DNA of 64,000 bases from an uncultured delta proteobacterium (GTDB lineage Bacteria; Myxococcota; Myxococcia; Myxococcales; Myxococcaceae). Each line of letters starts with the position of its first letter. The stretch's first letter is position 1. The position numbers and the translations under genes are program-made. A model generated the notes under the pieces. It saw nothing but the letters and a program-made list of their open reading frames with translations. It made no database searches and had not been told where the DNA came from. This document shows, piece after piece, positions 41,842 through 53,272 of this stretch. The stretch covers positions 131,748 to 195,747 of the forward strand of contig CAVYSY010000045.1 of the NCBI GenBank assembly GCA_963771175.1, in the 5' to 3' direction.

Positions 41842-43089
41842 ATGGCGTCAAGCAGCAAGAGCCTGGAGCAGCGGCTTGGAGGCTTCTGGAAGAGGCACCC
41901 GGTATGGAGCTTCGTGCTGGCGGCCGGGATGCTGCTGGTGGCGATGGGCGTGGTGCGGAGCGTCCGCGGGCCGGAAGTGCCAGTCATTCCGGTGAAGCGC
42001 GGGCCGCTGGTGCACCGGGTGGTGATGAGCGGTCGGGTGTCGCCGCCGGCCGAGTTGGTGGTGGCGAGCCTGCTGTCCGGCACGGTGGTGCGAGTCCCGG
42101 TGGACGAGGGCGCCCGGGTGCAGCCGGGCCAGGTGCTGGTGGAACTGGATGCGGCGCCCCTGGAGGCGGACGTGGCGCGGGCGCGCGCGGCCGTGGCTCA
42201 GGCGCGGGCACGGCTCGGCAATCTGGCGGAGGTGGGGGCGCCCCGGCGCGAGGCGGCGGTGCGGCAGGCCGAGGCGGAGCTGGCCAGGGCGGAGCGCGAG
42301 GCACAGCGGGCGCAATCGCTGGCCGATGCGGGGGTGATGACGCGCGTGCAGCTCGAGGAGGCGTTGACGGCACTCGACGTGGCGCGCAGCCGGCTGGCGA
42401 GCGCGCGCGCGGAGGCGGTGGGCACCGGGCAGGGCGGGAGCGAGCAGCGGCAGGTGGAGGCGGCACTGGCCCAGGCCGAGGCGGAGCTGCGCGCGGCCGA
42501 GGCTCGGCGGGCCCATGCGACCCTCACGGCGACGACGCCCTCGGTGGTGCTGGAGCGCGAGGTGGACCCGGGCGACTCGGTGCAGCCGGGCACGAAGCTG
42601 CTCTCGCTGGCGAGGCTGGGCGGCACGCAACTGACGGTGGAGCCCGATGAGCGCAACCTCGCGTACCTGCGCGAGGGGCAGCAGGCGGTGGCCTCCGCGG
42701 ATGCCTTCCCGCGCGAGCGCTTCCCCGCGATGGTGGAGACGGTGGCTCCCTCGGTGAATCCGGATCGGGGCACGGTGGAGGTGAAGCTGGCGGTGCCTCA
42801 ACCGCCGGACTACCTGCGGCCGGGGATGACGGTGTCGGTGGACGTGGAGGTGGGACGGCGCGAGAACGCGCTGGTGCTGCCCCTGGATGCGGTGCACGAC
42901 GCCGCTACCGAGTCGCCCTGGGTCCTGGTGCTCCGGGACGGGCGGGTCGAGCGGGTTCAGGTGAAGACGGGGCTTCGGGGCGAGGACAAGGTGGAGATGG
43001 TGGAGGGCCTGTCCGAGGGAGACCGGGTGATTCCCGCCTCGGCGAAGGTGAAGCCGGGCGAGCGGGTGCGGCCCGCGGAGGAAGGGTGA
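41842..43089 (+). CDS. Efflux periplasmic adaptor (MacA-like)
   Basis: SD GAGGAG, TM, VDEGARVQPGQVLVEL, coiled coil, YLRPGMTVSVDV. Confidence 0.9.
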   Translation: MASSSKSLEQRLGGFWKRHPVWSFVLAAGMLLVAMGVVRSVRGPEVPVIPVKRGPLVHRVVMSGRVSPPAELVVASLLSGTVVRVPVDEGARVQPGQVLVELDAAPLEADVARARAAVAQARARLGNLAEVGAPRREAAVRQAEAELARAEREAQRAQSLADAGVMTRVQLEEALTALDVARSRLASARAEAVGTGQGGSEQRQVEAALAQAEAELRAAEARRAHATLTATTPSVVLEREVDPGDSVQPGTKLLSLARLGGTQLTVEPDERNLAYLREGQQAVASADAFPRERFPAMVETVAPSVNPDRGTVEVKLAVPQPPDYLRPGMTVSVDVEVGRRENALVLPLDAVHDAATESPWVLVLRDGRVERVQVKTGLRGEDKVEMVEGLSEGDRVIPASAKVKPGERVRPAEEG

Positions 43090-43092
43090 GCC

Positions 43093-44304
43093 ATGCCCTT
43101 CGAGCTCTTCGTCGCGCTGCGCTTCCTGCGAGAGGGCCGGGCCCAGACGGCGCTCATCTTCGCGGGAGCCGCGGTGGGGGTGGCCGTCATCATCTTCCTC
43201 TCGGCGCTCATCGACGGGCTGCAGGCGAGCCTGGTGGAGAAGACGCTGGGCTCGCAGGCGCACATCATTGTTCGGACCCCGGACGAGGCCGCGCGCTCGC
43301 TGGTGTCCTCTCCCGACTCGCTCGTGCAGGTGGTACGGCCCGCGCAGCGGCTGCGCACCATCGACCAGTGGCAGCAGGTGCTGCGCCTGCTGGAGCGCAC
43401 GCCCGGGGTGACGGCGGTGTCCCCCTCGGTATCGGGCGCGGGGCTCGCCTCGCGAGGTACCGCGAGCCGCTCCATCGTCATTCGTGGTGTGGAGCCCGAG
43501 CGCTTCGAGCGCATCATCGACGTGCCCTCCAAGCTGGTGGCGGGCCAGTGGCGGCTGCTTGGCTCGGAGGCCGTCATCGGGAAGAAGCTGGCCGGGGACC
43601 TCGGGGTGACGGTGGGCGACACGCTGCGCGTCACCACGGCGGACGGCCGGGCGGACTCCTTCCGGGTCGCGGGACTCTTCGACCTGGGCACTCAGGAGGT
43701 GAATGAGCGCTGGGTGCTGGTGCCGCTGCGCTCGGGGCAGACGCTGCTGGACCTGGTGGGCGGGGTGACCACGCTGGAGTTGCGGGTGACGGACATCTTC
43801 GGGGCCAAGGCGCTCGCGGAGGTGATCTCCCAGCGCACGGGCCTGGTGGCCGAGAGCTGGATGACGCTCAACGCGCAGCTCCTGGTGGCGCTCCGGTCGC
43901 AGAGCAGCTCTCGGTACATGATTCAGTTCTTCGTCATCATCGCGGTGGCGCTGGGCATCGCGTCGGTGCTGGTGGTGTCGGTGGTGCAGAAGTCGCGGGA
44001 GATCGGCATCCTCAAGGCAATGGGGACGACGACGCGCAGGGTGATGCGGGTGTTCCTCATCCAGGGGGCGGTGGTGGGGCTGGTGGGCTCGGTGCTGGGG
44101 GGCCTGTTGGGAGCGGGGCTGGCGCGCTTCTTCGCGAGCCTGGCCACCAACCCGGACGGCTCGCCGACGTTCCCCGTCCAGCTGGACGCGAAGCTCTTCC
44201 TCACGGCGGCCGCGGTGGCGATCGTCACCGGGTTGCTGTCGGCGGTGGCTCCGGCGCGCCGGGCCGCGCGGTTGGACCCGGCGGAGGTCATCCGCAATGC
44301 CTGA
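43093..44304 (+). CDS. ABC permease (LolC/E, FtsX-like)
   Basis: [35 protein letters not shown]. Confidence 0.92.
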   Translation: MPFELFVALRFLREGRAQTALIFAGAAVGVAVIIFLSALIDGLQASLVEKTLGSQAHIIVRTPDEAARSLVSSPDSLVQVVRPAQRLRTIDQWQQVLRLLERTPGVTAVSPSVSGAGLASRGTASRSIVIRGVEPERFERIIDVPSKLVAGQWRLLGSEAVIGKKLAGDLGVTVGDTLRVTTADGRADSFRVAGLFDLGTQEVNERWVLVPLRSGQTLLDLVGGVTTLELRVTDIFGAKALAEVISQRTGLVAESWMTLNAQLLVALRSQSSSRYMIQFFVIIAVALGIASVLVVSVVQKSREIGILKAMGTTTRRVMRVFLIQGAVVGLVGSVLGGLLGAGLARFFASLATNPDGSPTFPVQLDAKLFLTAAAVAIVTGLLSAVAPARRAARLDPAEVIRNA

Positions 44305-45001
44305 GCCCGTCCTGCGCCTGGAGGGCGTCACCAAGGACTACGGGGAGGAGGTCGTCACCCGCGTCCTGCACGGCATCGACCTGACGCTGGAGCAGGGCGA
44401 GTTCGCCGCGCTCATCGGCCCGTCCGGCTCCGGGAAGAGCACCCTGCTCAACATCATCGGCCTGCTGGACCGGCCCACCAGCGGCCGGGTGCTCCTCCAG
44501 GGCCAGGACACGCGCGGCCTGGACGATGACGGGCTCGCGCGGCTGCGGGCGCGGACGCTGGGCTTCATCTTCCAGTTCCACCACCTGCTGCCGGCCTTCA
44601 GCGCGCTGGAGAACGTGATGATGCCGGCAGTGGCGGAGCAGGGCCGGCCGGATGAGCGGATGCGCACGCGGGCGAGGGAACTGCTGAACCAGGTGGGACT
44701 GGGCGAGCGCGCAGGGTCCCACCCGAGCCAGATGTCCGGAGGCCAGCAACAGCGTGTGGCGATTGCCCGGGCGCTCGTCATGTCGCCGGCGCTCGTGCTG
44801 GCGGACGAGCCCACGGGCAACCTCGACACCGGCACGAGCGCCCAGGTGTTCGAGCTGTTGCGCCGCATCAACCTCGAGCAGCGGATGACGTTCCTCATCG
44901 TCACGCACGACCCCCGGCTGGCCCAGCGGTGCGACCGCATCATCGAGGTGATGGATGGTCGCATCGTGAGCGACCGGCGGGAGCCGCAAAGCCCCGCGTA
45001 G
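44297..45001 (+). CDS. ABC transporter ATP-binding protein (LolD-like)
   Basis: [32 protein letters not shown]. Confidence 0.94.
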   Translation: MPEPVLRLEGVTKDYGEEVVTRVLHGIDLTLEQGEFAALIGPSGSGKSTLLNIIGLLDRPTSGRVLLQGQDTRGLDDDGLARLRARTLGFIFQFHHLLPAFSALENVMMPAVAEQGRPDERMRTRARELLNQVGLGERAGSHPSQMSGGQQQRVAIARALVMSPALVLADEPTGNLDTGTSAQVFELLRRINLEQRMTFLIVTHDPRLAQRCDRIIEVMDGRIVSDRREPQSPA

Positions 45002-45009
45002 TGGGTGGC

Positions 45010-47547
45010 TCACCGGGGCGAGGGGACGTGGTGGAGGCCCTCCTCCGGAGCGCGCGGGAGGTGGAGCCTCCTGCCTCGCATCACCCAGCCTCGCAGCACC
45101 AACGGCAGGCACGCCACCGCCGCGCCGCCCACCGCCCGTGCCCAGTCGTCCGAGTGCAACGGATGCAGGTGCAGCACCTCCGCCAGCACCGGCACCTGGA
45201 CCAGCAGCACCGTCACCCCCAGCGTCACCGCCACCACGACGCGCGCCGTCACTGTCCTTAGCCGGCTCAACCACGCGGCGAAGAAGGCGCTCGCCACCGT
45301 CAGCGAGGCCAGCGCCACCGCCCGTGCGTGCTCCACGTCGCCTCGAGCGCCCAGGCTCCGGTCGTACCCCCACACCACCACCGCCGTCATCAGCACTCCG
45401 GCCAGGGCAATCACCGTCCAGTCCACCCGCGAGAAGAAGCGCGCCTTGCGCAACCGGGGCTGGCGCTTCAGCCGCTCCGAGCGCGCTCCCGACTGGAACA
45501 CCAGCATCGCCGTCGGGTGGATGATGAGCTCCAGCCACACGATGTGGATGGGCAGGTACAGCAGGGGATAGCCCGCCAGCGGCACCAGCGCCGCCGTGAA
45601 CACCAGCGGGATGTGGATGAGCAGCAGGTACTGGAAGCTCGCCCGCAGGTTGCGGAAGAGCTGGCGCCCCTCGGCGATGGCCCCTACCAGCGTGCGGAAA
45701 TCATCGTTCAGCAGCACGATGGACGCCACCTCGCGCGCTCCGCGCGTGCCCCGCTCCCCCATGGCGACGCCCACGTCCGCCGCCTGCAGCGCCGGCACGT
45801 CGTTCACCCCATCCCCCGTCATCGCCACCACCTCGCCCGAGCGTTGCAGCGCCGTCACCAGCGCGAGCTTCTGCGCCGGCAGGGCCCGGGCGATCACGTC
45901 CGTCCGCCGCAGCACCGAGCCGTCCCCAGTCCGCAGCCGCGCCTCCACCTCCTCGCCCGTCAGCACCACCGGCGTCCCCCCGCCCAGTCCCAGCGACCGC
46001 GCCACCGCGCGCGCCGTCACCGGATGGTCCCCCGTCATCATCAGCGTGTGGATGCCCGCCTCGCGGCACGCCCACACTGCCCGTGGCACGCCCTCGCGCA
46101 GGGGGTCCTCGCACGCCACCAGCCCCACCAGGTGCCACGCCCGATCCGGCTCCCCGCCCCGCCACACCGCCTCCTCCCACTCCTGGCTCGCGCAGGCGAT
46201 GACCTTGCGCCCCTCCGCCGCCAGCGCCGTCACCCGCGCGGCGTGCTCCGCCCGCTCCTCCTCGCTCAGCTCGCACATCTCCAGCACCCGCTCCGGCGCC
46301 CCCTTCATCGCGAAGCCCAACCGCCCCGGCCCCTCGCGCACCACCGCCACCTCGCGCCGCCGCTCCTCCGTGAAGGGGAAGATGGCCACCCGCTCCCGCT
46401 CGCTCCACGCGCCCACCCGCTCCGCCTCGTCCAGCAGCGCCGCGTCCAGTGGATCTCCCCCCTCCCGACGGGAGGCCAGGGCCGCCACCCGCAGCACCTC
46501 GGCCACGGGCTCGCCCTCCACCGGCATCACCCGCGACACGCGCAGCCGTCCCTCGGTGAGCGTCCCCGTCTTGTCCGTACAGAGGACCGTCACCCGCCCG
46601 ATGTTCTCCACCGACACCGCCCGCCGCACCAGTGCCTGTCGCCGTGCCAGTCGGTACACCCCCGCCCCCAGGAAGAAGGTGAAGGCCATGGGGAACTCCT
46701 CCGGCAGTGCCGCCACCGCCAGCGTGGCCGCGCTCACCAGCGCATCCAACCACCCGTAGCCCTGCCTCCAGCGCACGAAGGCGAGCGTCGCGCACAGCCC
46801 CGCCGCTACCACCACCAGCACCGTTACCAGGCTGGCGATGGCTCCCTGCAGGGGCGTGCGCGCGCGCGTCCCTCCCTCCGCCGACTGGACGATGTGGCCG
46901 TACATCGTCTCCGCGCCGGTGAAGACGATCCGCACCCGCGCGCTCCCTGTCAGCAGCCGCGTCCCGGCCAGCCCCCAGTGCTCGCCCTCCACCAGCGGCT
47001 CCTCACCGGGCGGCAGCGGGAAGCGCACCGGCCGCTTGCGCACCGGATACGCCTCTCCTGTGAGCGAGGATTCCTCCGCTTGCAGCCCCTCTCCCTCCAC
47101 CACCAGCCCGTCCGCCGGGAAGCCTTCCCCGGCGTCCACTCGCACCAGGTCCCCCACCACCACCTCGTCCGCGCGCACCCGCAGTTCGCGGCCCTCCCGC
47201 ACCACCGTGGCGTGCTCCGCCAGCCGACCGCGCAAGCCCTCGGTGGAGGCCCGCGTGCGCCGGTGGAGGAAGGCATCCATCCCCAACAGCGGCACCAGCG
47301 CCAGCAGCAGCGTCAGCGCCTCCGCGTGCTGCCCCAGCACCAGGTACAGCCCGCCTGTCCCCACCAGGAACCACAGCATCGCGTCGCGCGCCGTCTCGCG
47401 CGCCACCTGCCACGCGGAGTGTCGTGGTCGCTCGAGGATGGCGTTGCTCCCGTGGCGCCGCCGGTGCTCGAGCACCTCGTGCGAGGAGAGTCCCCGGCCC
47501 GTTCCCGGAGGGACTGGAAGCCGGGAGATGGGAACGGGAAGGCGCAT
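45010..47547 (-). CDS. Cation-transporting P-type ATPase (type II-like), intact
   Basis: SLTGE, LPEEFP, CTDKTGTLT, KGAPE, TGDHP, GDGVNDVPAL. Confidence 0.93.
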   Translation of the reverse strand: MRLPVPISRLPVPPGTGRGLSSHEVLEHRRRHGSNAILERPRHSAWQVARETARDAMLWFLVGTGGLYLVLGQHAEALTLLLALVPLLGMDAFLHRRTRASTEGLRGRLAEHATVVREGRELRVRADEVVVGDLVRVDAGEGFPADGLVVEGEGLQAEESSLTGEAYPVRKRPVRFPLPPGEEPLVEGEHWGLAGTRLLTGSARVRIVFTGAETMYGHIVQSAEGGTRARTPLQGAIASLVTVLVVVAAGLCATLAFVRWRQGYGWLDALVSAATLAVAALPEEFPMAFTFFLGAGVYRLARRQALVRRAVSVENIGRVTVLCTDKTGTLTEGRLRVSRVMPVEGEPVAEVLRVAALASRREGGDPLDAALLDEAERVGAWSERERVAIFPFTEERRREVAVVREGPGRLGFAMKGAPERVLEMCELSEEERAEHAARVTALAAEGRKVIACASQEWEEAVWRGGEPDRAWHLVGLVACEDPLREGVPRAVWACREAGIHTLMMTGDHPVTARAVARSLGLGGGTPVVLTGEEVEARLRTGDGSVLRRTDVIARALPAQKLALVTALQRSGEVVAMTGDGVNDVPALQAADVGVAMGERGTRGAREVASIVLLNDDFRTLVGAIAEGRQLFRNLRASFQYLLLIHIPLVFTAALVPLAGYPLLYLPIHIVWLELIIHPTAMLVFQSGARSERLKRQPRLRKARFFSRVDWTVIALAGVLMTAVVVWGYDRSLGARGDVEHARAVALASLTVASAFFAAWLSRLRTVTARVVVAVTLGVTVLLVQVPVLAEVLHLHPLHSDDWARAVGGAAVACLPLVLRGWVMRGRRLHLPRAPEEGLHHVPSPR

Positions 47548-47785
47548 CCACCCCCAACCTTCAATGCCCGCCCCCCACCGGCAACCCCGCCTCCGGTGTC
47601 ATCCCCCCGCTCTACTGAGCGACCGAGCGGACGGTTCGGCCTTCTCGTTCCCTACGAGAAGGGGAGCGCATGGTCTACCCGGGCGGCATCTTCGGGGGCT
47701 GCCGGACAATGGCTTGCGTCCCCGGACCCATGGCTGGGTGGGGCGGTCGTTGTCACTCATCGGGTCCCCCTCGTGAGGTGAGCCG

Positions 47786-49102
47786 ATGCCCTTTCGGAAA
47801 GCCTGGATGCTCCCTTCCTTGCTGTGTGGACTGATGGCTTGTGACGTCGGTGTCGTCCCGGTCGAGGCGCAAGCGCCCCAAGCACAGCAGGTGCCGCAGG
47901 AGCTGCGGGAGTCGCCCGAGCTCCTCGCGGAGGCGGAGGCGCCCCTGACGGTGCTCAAGCCCAAGGAGCAGCTCGGCAAGCTACTGTTCTTCGACGAGAG
48001 GCTCTCCGAGCCGCCCGGTCAGTCGTGTGCCGCCTGCCATTCCTCCTCGACGGGCTGGACGGGGCCGAACATGCAAATCAATGAGACCGGGGGCGTCTAC
48101 GAGGGCGCCGTCCCGGGGCGGTTCGGCAATCGCAAGCCGAACGCGAGCGCCTACGCCACCCCCGCCCCCATCTTCCACCTGGTCAGCGAGGAGGAGGGCA
48201 CCTTCGTGGGAGGCAACTTCTGGGACGGTCGCGCCACGGGCGAGGAGCTGGGCAACCCCGCCGCGGACCAGGCGCAGGGGCCCTTCCTCAACCCGGTGGA
48301 GCAGAACAACCCCAGCGAGGCGGTTGTCGTCGCCAAGGTGTGCCGCGGGCCGTACGGGTTGCTTTTCCGCATCGTGTATGGGTGGTCCATCTGTCGCCCG
48401 AGCCACGTGGAGCGGGCCTACGACGGCATCGCCCTGGCCATCGCGGCCTACGAGGCCTCGCCCGAGGTGAATGCCTTCTCCTCCAAGTACGACGCGTATC
48501 TGGCCAGGCGCGCCGATCTGACGGAGAAGGAGCACCTGGGTCTCCGGCTCTTCGAGGGCAAGGCGAAGTGCGCCAACTGCCACCCGAGCCAGCCCGGTCC
48601 CCGCGGCGAGCCGCCCCTCTTCACCGACTACACCTATGACAATGTTGGCGTGCCGCGAAACCCGCTCAACCCCTGGTATGAGCAGCTCGATTTCAACCCG
48701 CTTGGACGCGCGTGGATGGACTACGGCCTGGGCGCCTTCCTGCTGACGCGCCCGGAGTGGCGGCAGTACGCGAGGGTCAACCTCGGGAAGCACAAGGTCC
48801 CCACCCTGCGCAACGTGGACAAGCGACCCTACCCAGGCTTCATCAAGGCCTACTCGCACAACGCCTACTTCAAGAGCCTCGAGAGCGTGGTCCACTTCTA
48901 CAACACGCGCGACGTCCTCCCCCCCTGCCTGGCGGAGGTCCCCGAGGTGCCCGGCGTCCCCGGTGTCGACTGCTGGCCGCCGCCCGAGGTGGGGCTGAAC
49001 CTCAATACCGAGGAGCTAGGCAACCTCGGCCTCACCCCCGAGGAGGAGGACGCCCTCGTCGCCTTCATGCGGACCTTGTCGGACGGCTACTTCCGCCGCT
49101 GA
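47786..49102 (+). CDS. Di-heme cytochrome c peroxidase/MauG family protein
   Basis: CAACH and CANCH heme motifs, FWDGRA, KVPTLRNV; lipobox-like LMAC. Confidence 0.92.
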   Translation: MPFRKAWMLPSLLCGLMACDVGVVPVEAQAPQAQQVPQELRESPELLAEAEAPLTVLKPKEQLGKLLFFDERLSEPPGQSCAACHSSSTGWTGPNMQINETGGVYEGAVPGRFGNRKPNASAYATPAPIFHLVSEEEGTFVGGNFWDGRATGEELGNPAADQAQGPFLNPVEQNNPSEAVVVAKVCRGPYGLLFRIVYGWSICRPSHVERAYDGIALAIAAYEASPEVNAFSSKYDAYLARRADLTEKEHLGLRLFEGKAKCANCHPSQPGPRGEPPLFTDYTYDNVGVPRNPLNPWYEQLDFNPLGRAWMDYGLGAFLLTRPEWRQYARVNLGKHKVPTLRNVDKRPYPGFIKAYSHNAYFKSLESVVHFYNTRDVLPPCLAEVPEVPGVPGVDCWPPPEVGLNLNTEELGNLGLTPEEEDALVAFMRTLSDGYFRR

Positions 49103-51787
49103 GCGGCGCCTTCTCCACCCGGACCGCGGTCACCTTGTACTCCGGCGTGTGTGTGTACCCATCCCGGTGGGGGCTGGTGACTTCGTTGATGAACACCCGC
49201 GCCGTGTGGAAGGTGGTGAAGAGCTGCCCTTCCTGGAGGGCGGTGTTGAGCTTCAGCGGCAGCTCGGCCTCTCCGTACTGGCTGCGGACCCGGACCCGCT
49301 CGCCGTCCGCGAGGCCGAGGCGCCGGGCGTCGTCCGGGTGCATCTCCAGCTCGTCGGTGGGCCGGAGCTCCACGTTGGGCGTGCGCATCGTCATCGTCCC
49401 GGCGTTGAACTGATACAGCGTCCGGCCGGTGACGAGGATGAAGGGGTAGGCCTCGCTCGGCGCTTCTGGAGAGGCCGTGAAGGGGATGCAGCGCAGCGCC
49501 GGCGCGCGGCCCGCTCGTGAAGCCTTGCGTGTGCAGGATGCGCGTGCCGGGATGGTCCTCGGAAGGGCAGGGCCACTGCAGGCCCCCTGCTCCAGGCGCG
49601 CGTAGCTGATGCCCGCCCCCGCCGGCCAGACGGTGCGCACCTCGTTCCAGATCTCCTCCGCCGAGTGGAAGTCGAAGGCCTCGCCCCGGCCCATGGCCCG
49701 CGCCAGGTCGCAGACGATCTCCCAGTCCGGGCGCGACTCGCCGAGCGGCTCCAGCGGCCTTGCGCACCCGCTGGATGCGCCGCTCGCGCGTTCATGAAGG
49801 TGCCGTCCTTCTCGAAGGCGGAGCAGGCCGGCAGGAAGACGGTGCCGAACTCGCGCGCCGTCTCGTTGAGGAACAGGTCCTGCACGACGAGCAGCTCGAG
49901 CCGCTCGGAGCGCCTCGCGCGTCTGCTCGCGCGTCCGGGTTGGTGAGGAGCACGTCGTAGCCGATGGCCCACAGCGCCTTCAGCTTCCCGGCTCGCGCCG
50001 CGTCCATCATCTGCATCAGGTCCAGCCCGGGCGTGGTGGGCAGCGGGACGCCCCAGCGCTGCTCGAAGCGGGCGCGGCCCTGCCTCCACGGGGACGTAGC
50101 CGGTCAGGTGGTGCGGCTCGCAGCCCATGTGCGCCGAGCCCTGCACGTTGTTCTGCCCGCGCAGCGGGTTCACGCCCGCGCCGGGCTTGCCCGAGGTTGC
50201 CGGTGAGCAGCGCCAGGTTGACCAGGCACATCACCGCCTCGGTGCCCTGGACGTGCTCGGTCATGCCGAGCCCGTGGACGCACATCGAGGGCTTCGTCCG
50301 TGGCGTACAGGCGCGCCGCCCGGCGGATGAGCTCGGCGTCCACGCCGCAGAGCGCCTGCGGCCCGCTCCGGCGTCCAGTCGCGGAGGAACTCCTGGAAGG
50401 CCTCCCACCCGTCGACGCGCTCGCGCAGGAAGGCCTCGTCGACGAGCCCCTCGTCGACGAGCGTCCACGCCATCGCGTTGAGCAGCGGCACGTTCGTCCC
50501 GGGCGCGGAGCTGCAGGTGGACGGTCGGCGTAGTCGCGCCAGCTCGATGCGGCGGGGATCGATGACGATGAGCCGGGCCCCGCGCAGGGCGGCCTGCTTG
50601 ATGCGCGCGCCCGACGACCGGGTGGTTCTCGGTGGCGTTGCTGCCGCACACCAGGAGGGTCCGCGCCCGCTCGATGTCGTCGAAGGAGTTGGTGGCGGCG
50701 CCGGTGCCGAGCATCGTCCTCAGGGCCGCCGCGCTGGGCGCGTGGCAGACGCGCGCGCAGCAGTCGACGTTGTTGGTGCCGAGCACGACGCGGGCGAACT
50801 TCTGCGCCAGGTAGTTCTCCTCGTTGGTGGCCCGCGCCGAGCCGAGCACTCCCGACGCTGTCCGGCCCGTGCCGCTCGACGATGCGGCGGAGCCGCTCCG
50901 CGACGTACCCGAGCGCCTCGTCCCAGGACGCCTCCGCCAGTGCGCGCCCTCGCGAATCAGCGGCGTGGTGACGCGATCCGGCGACGTGGACGAAGTCGAA
51001 GGCGTAGCGCCCCTTCACGCACAGGTGCCCCTTGTTGACCGGCGCGTCCTGCACGGGGCGCACCTGCACGATCCTGCCGTCGCGTGTCCCGACGTGCATC
51101 TCGCAGCCCACGCCGCAGTAGGGACAGGTCGTGCGCGTCCACTGCGCCGGCGCGCCGCGCGCGAGCACCGTCTTGTCCTCGAGCGCGCCGGTCGGGCAGG
51201 TGTCGACGCACGCGCCGCAGCTCACGCACGAGCTCTCCGCGCAGCGTGGTCCCGGAGTCGGGCACGATGCGCGTCTCCGCGCCCCGGTTCCACACGCGCC
51301 AGACGAACTGGCCCTGCACCTCGTCGCAGATGCGCACGCAGCGGTAGCAGTAGATGCACTGCGACATGTCCACGTGGATGTAGGGGTGCGAGTCGTCCCG
51401 AGCTCAGGGGCGAGTGGGCGCCGCACGGCGCGTCTTCCAGGCCATGGGTCCGCAGCGCACGGTGGAAGGGCTTGTCCGGGAAGCGGCGCCACCGCGTCCG
51501 CCGGGTAGTCCCGGGCCAGCAGCCCGAGCAGCACGCGACGCTGCGCCTCGACGGCCGGCGGTGCGTGTGGATCTCCATGCCGTCCGCCAGCGGCGTGGTG
51601 CACGCGGCGACCGGCGCGCGGCCGCCCGTCGACCTCCACGACGCACAGCCGGCAGGCGCCCACGGAGACCAGCCGGGGGTCGTGGCAGAGCGCGGGCACC
51701 TCGACGCCCACCGCGCGCAGGGCGTCGAGCATGGTGCCGCCCGGCTCGCAGCGCGCGCGGCTGGCCGTCGATGGTCACGCGAAGCAC
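49065..51787 (-). CDS. fdhF: Formate dehydrogenase alpha subunit (Mo/W-bisPGD, N-terminal Fe-S domains); many frameshifts
   Basis: ACRLCVVE, CIYCYRCVRIC, CVSCGACVDTCPTGAL, CPYCGVGC, LCVKG, NNVDCCARVCH (Cys ligand), PLRGQNNVQG, TPEYKVTAV. Confidence 0.9.
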
Positions 51788-53253
51788 GCTCGAGCTCCTT
51801 CGCGGTAGTAGCGGAGCACGCTCTGCGGCGAACTCCGCGAGCCCGGTGCCGTGGCCGCACAGGCTCGTCCGCCGCAGCGCGGCGACGATGTCCTCGCCAC
51901 GCCCTCAGCTCGCTCCGGGGCGCGGCGCCGGCCGCGAGCACCTGCGCGAAGAGCTGCTCGCACGCGGCGGGCCCCCAGCCGGCACGGCGTGCACTTGCCG
52001 CACGACTCGTAGGCGCCGAACGAGAAGACGTGCTGGACCAGCTCGGCGATCGAGGTGTGCTCGTCGAAGGCGACGACGCCGCCGTGGCCGACCGCGGCGC
52101 CGATGGCGCGCAGCTCCTCGAAGCCGAGCGGCGTGTCGAGCAGGTGCGGCGGGAGCGATGCCCGCCAGCGGCCCGCCGATGAGCACGCCCCGGAGCGTCC
52201 CCGTGCGAGCCCGCCGCCGAGCTCCTCGACGAGCGTGCGCACCGGCATGCCGAGCTCGACCTCGTAGAGCCCGGGGCGGCGGAACAGCGAGTTGAGCGAG
52301 ACCACCTTGGTGCCCCGGCTGCGGCCGATCCCCAGGGCCGCGTACGCCGCCCCGCCGTGGCGGACGATCCACGGGAGGTTCGCGAGCGTCTCGACGTTGT
52401 GCACCAGCGTCGGCCGGCCGAAGAGCCCGGCCTGGGCGGGGTAGGGCGGCCGCGTCCGCACCACGGGGCGCCGGCCCTCGATCGAGTTGAGCAGCGCCGT
52501 CTCCTCGCCGCAGACGTAGCTGCCCTCGCCCACCACGAGCTCGACGTCGAAGGAGAAGCCGCTGCCCTGGATGCGCTCACCCAGCAGCCCCGCTCCGTGG
52601 GCCTCGGCCAGCGCTTCCCGCAGACGCTCGCCCGCTCGCGGATACTCCTTGCGGACGTAGATGTAGCCGGTGCGCGCGCCCACGGCATACGCGGCGATCG
52701 CCAGTCCCTCGAGCACGGCGTGCGGATCGTCCTCGAGCAGGATGCGGTCGATGTAGGCGCCGGAGTCGCCCTCGTCCGCGTTGGCGACGACCACCTTGTC
52801 GTCCCCTGGCTGACTGGCCACCGCTCGCAGCTTGCGGCCCGTGGGGAAGCCCGCTCCGCCGCGCCCGCGCAGTCCGGAGCGCTCCACCTGCTGGAGCAGC
52901 TCCTCGCGGGGCTGGCGGAGCGCCTGGGCCAGCGCCGCGTACGGCCCATGGGCGGCCAGCGTCCGCGCGTTCCCCTGGGCGATGCGCTCGAGCACGATGG
53001 CGCGGGGGGCGTGGACCCGCACCGCCGGTCTCGCGTCCTCTCCGGTGTGCGAGGGGGAGAGGTGACACTTTCCCAGACAGTAGACGCGGGACTTCTGGGC
53101 ACAGGCCTCTCGCCACCGCTCTGGCCGGAGATGGCGCGCCACGAAACAAGCCGTCCCCCGGCACGCCCTGTCGCCGAGCGGTCCCGAGCCGAGGTGGTAG
53201 AAGGACGCCAGTTCCGGTTGGGCGGGCTCGGTCTTCACGGGGTGGCGCTTCAT
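51775..53253 (-). CDS. NuoF/FdsB-like NADH- and FMN-binding subunit with short N-terminal NuoE-like segment
   Basis: ACRGTAC...YCLGKC, SGLRGRGGAGFPTG, NADEGD, YVCGEETAL, ESCGKCTPCR. Confidence 0.88.
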   Translation of the reverse strand: MKRHPVKTEPAQPELASFYHLGSGPLGDRACRGTACFVARHLRPERWREACAQKSRVYCLGKCHLSPSHTGEDARPAVRVHAPRAIVLERIAQGNARTLAAHGPYAALAQALRQPREELLQQVERSGLRGRGGAGFPTGRKLRAVASQPGDDKVVVANADEGDSGAYIDRILLEDDPHAVLEGLAIAAYAVGARTGYIYVRKEYPRAGERLREALAEAHGAGLLGERIQGSGFSFDVELVVGEGSYVCGEETALLNSIEGRRPVVRTRPPYPAQAGLFGRPTLVHNVETLANLPWIVRHGGAAYAALGIGRSRGTKVVSLNSLFRRPGLYEVELGMPVRTLVEELGGGLARGRSGACSSAGRWRASLPPHLLDTPLGFEELRAIGAAVGHGGVVAFDEHTSIAELVQHVFSFGAYESCGKCTPCRLGARRVRAALRAGARGRRRAPERAEGVARTSSPRCGGRACAATAPGSRSSPQSVLRYYREGARACFA

Positions 53254-53272
53254 ACGAGGACACCTCCTGGAG

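Noticed and set aside
50740..50770. Selenocysteine in FDH
   Set aside because: The active-site region reads CARVCH with a Cys codon.
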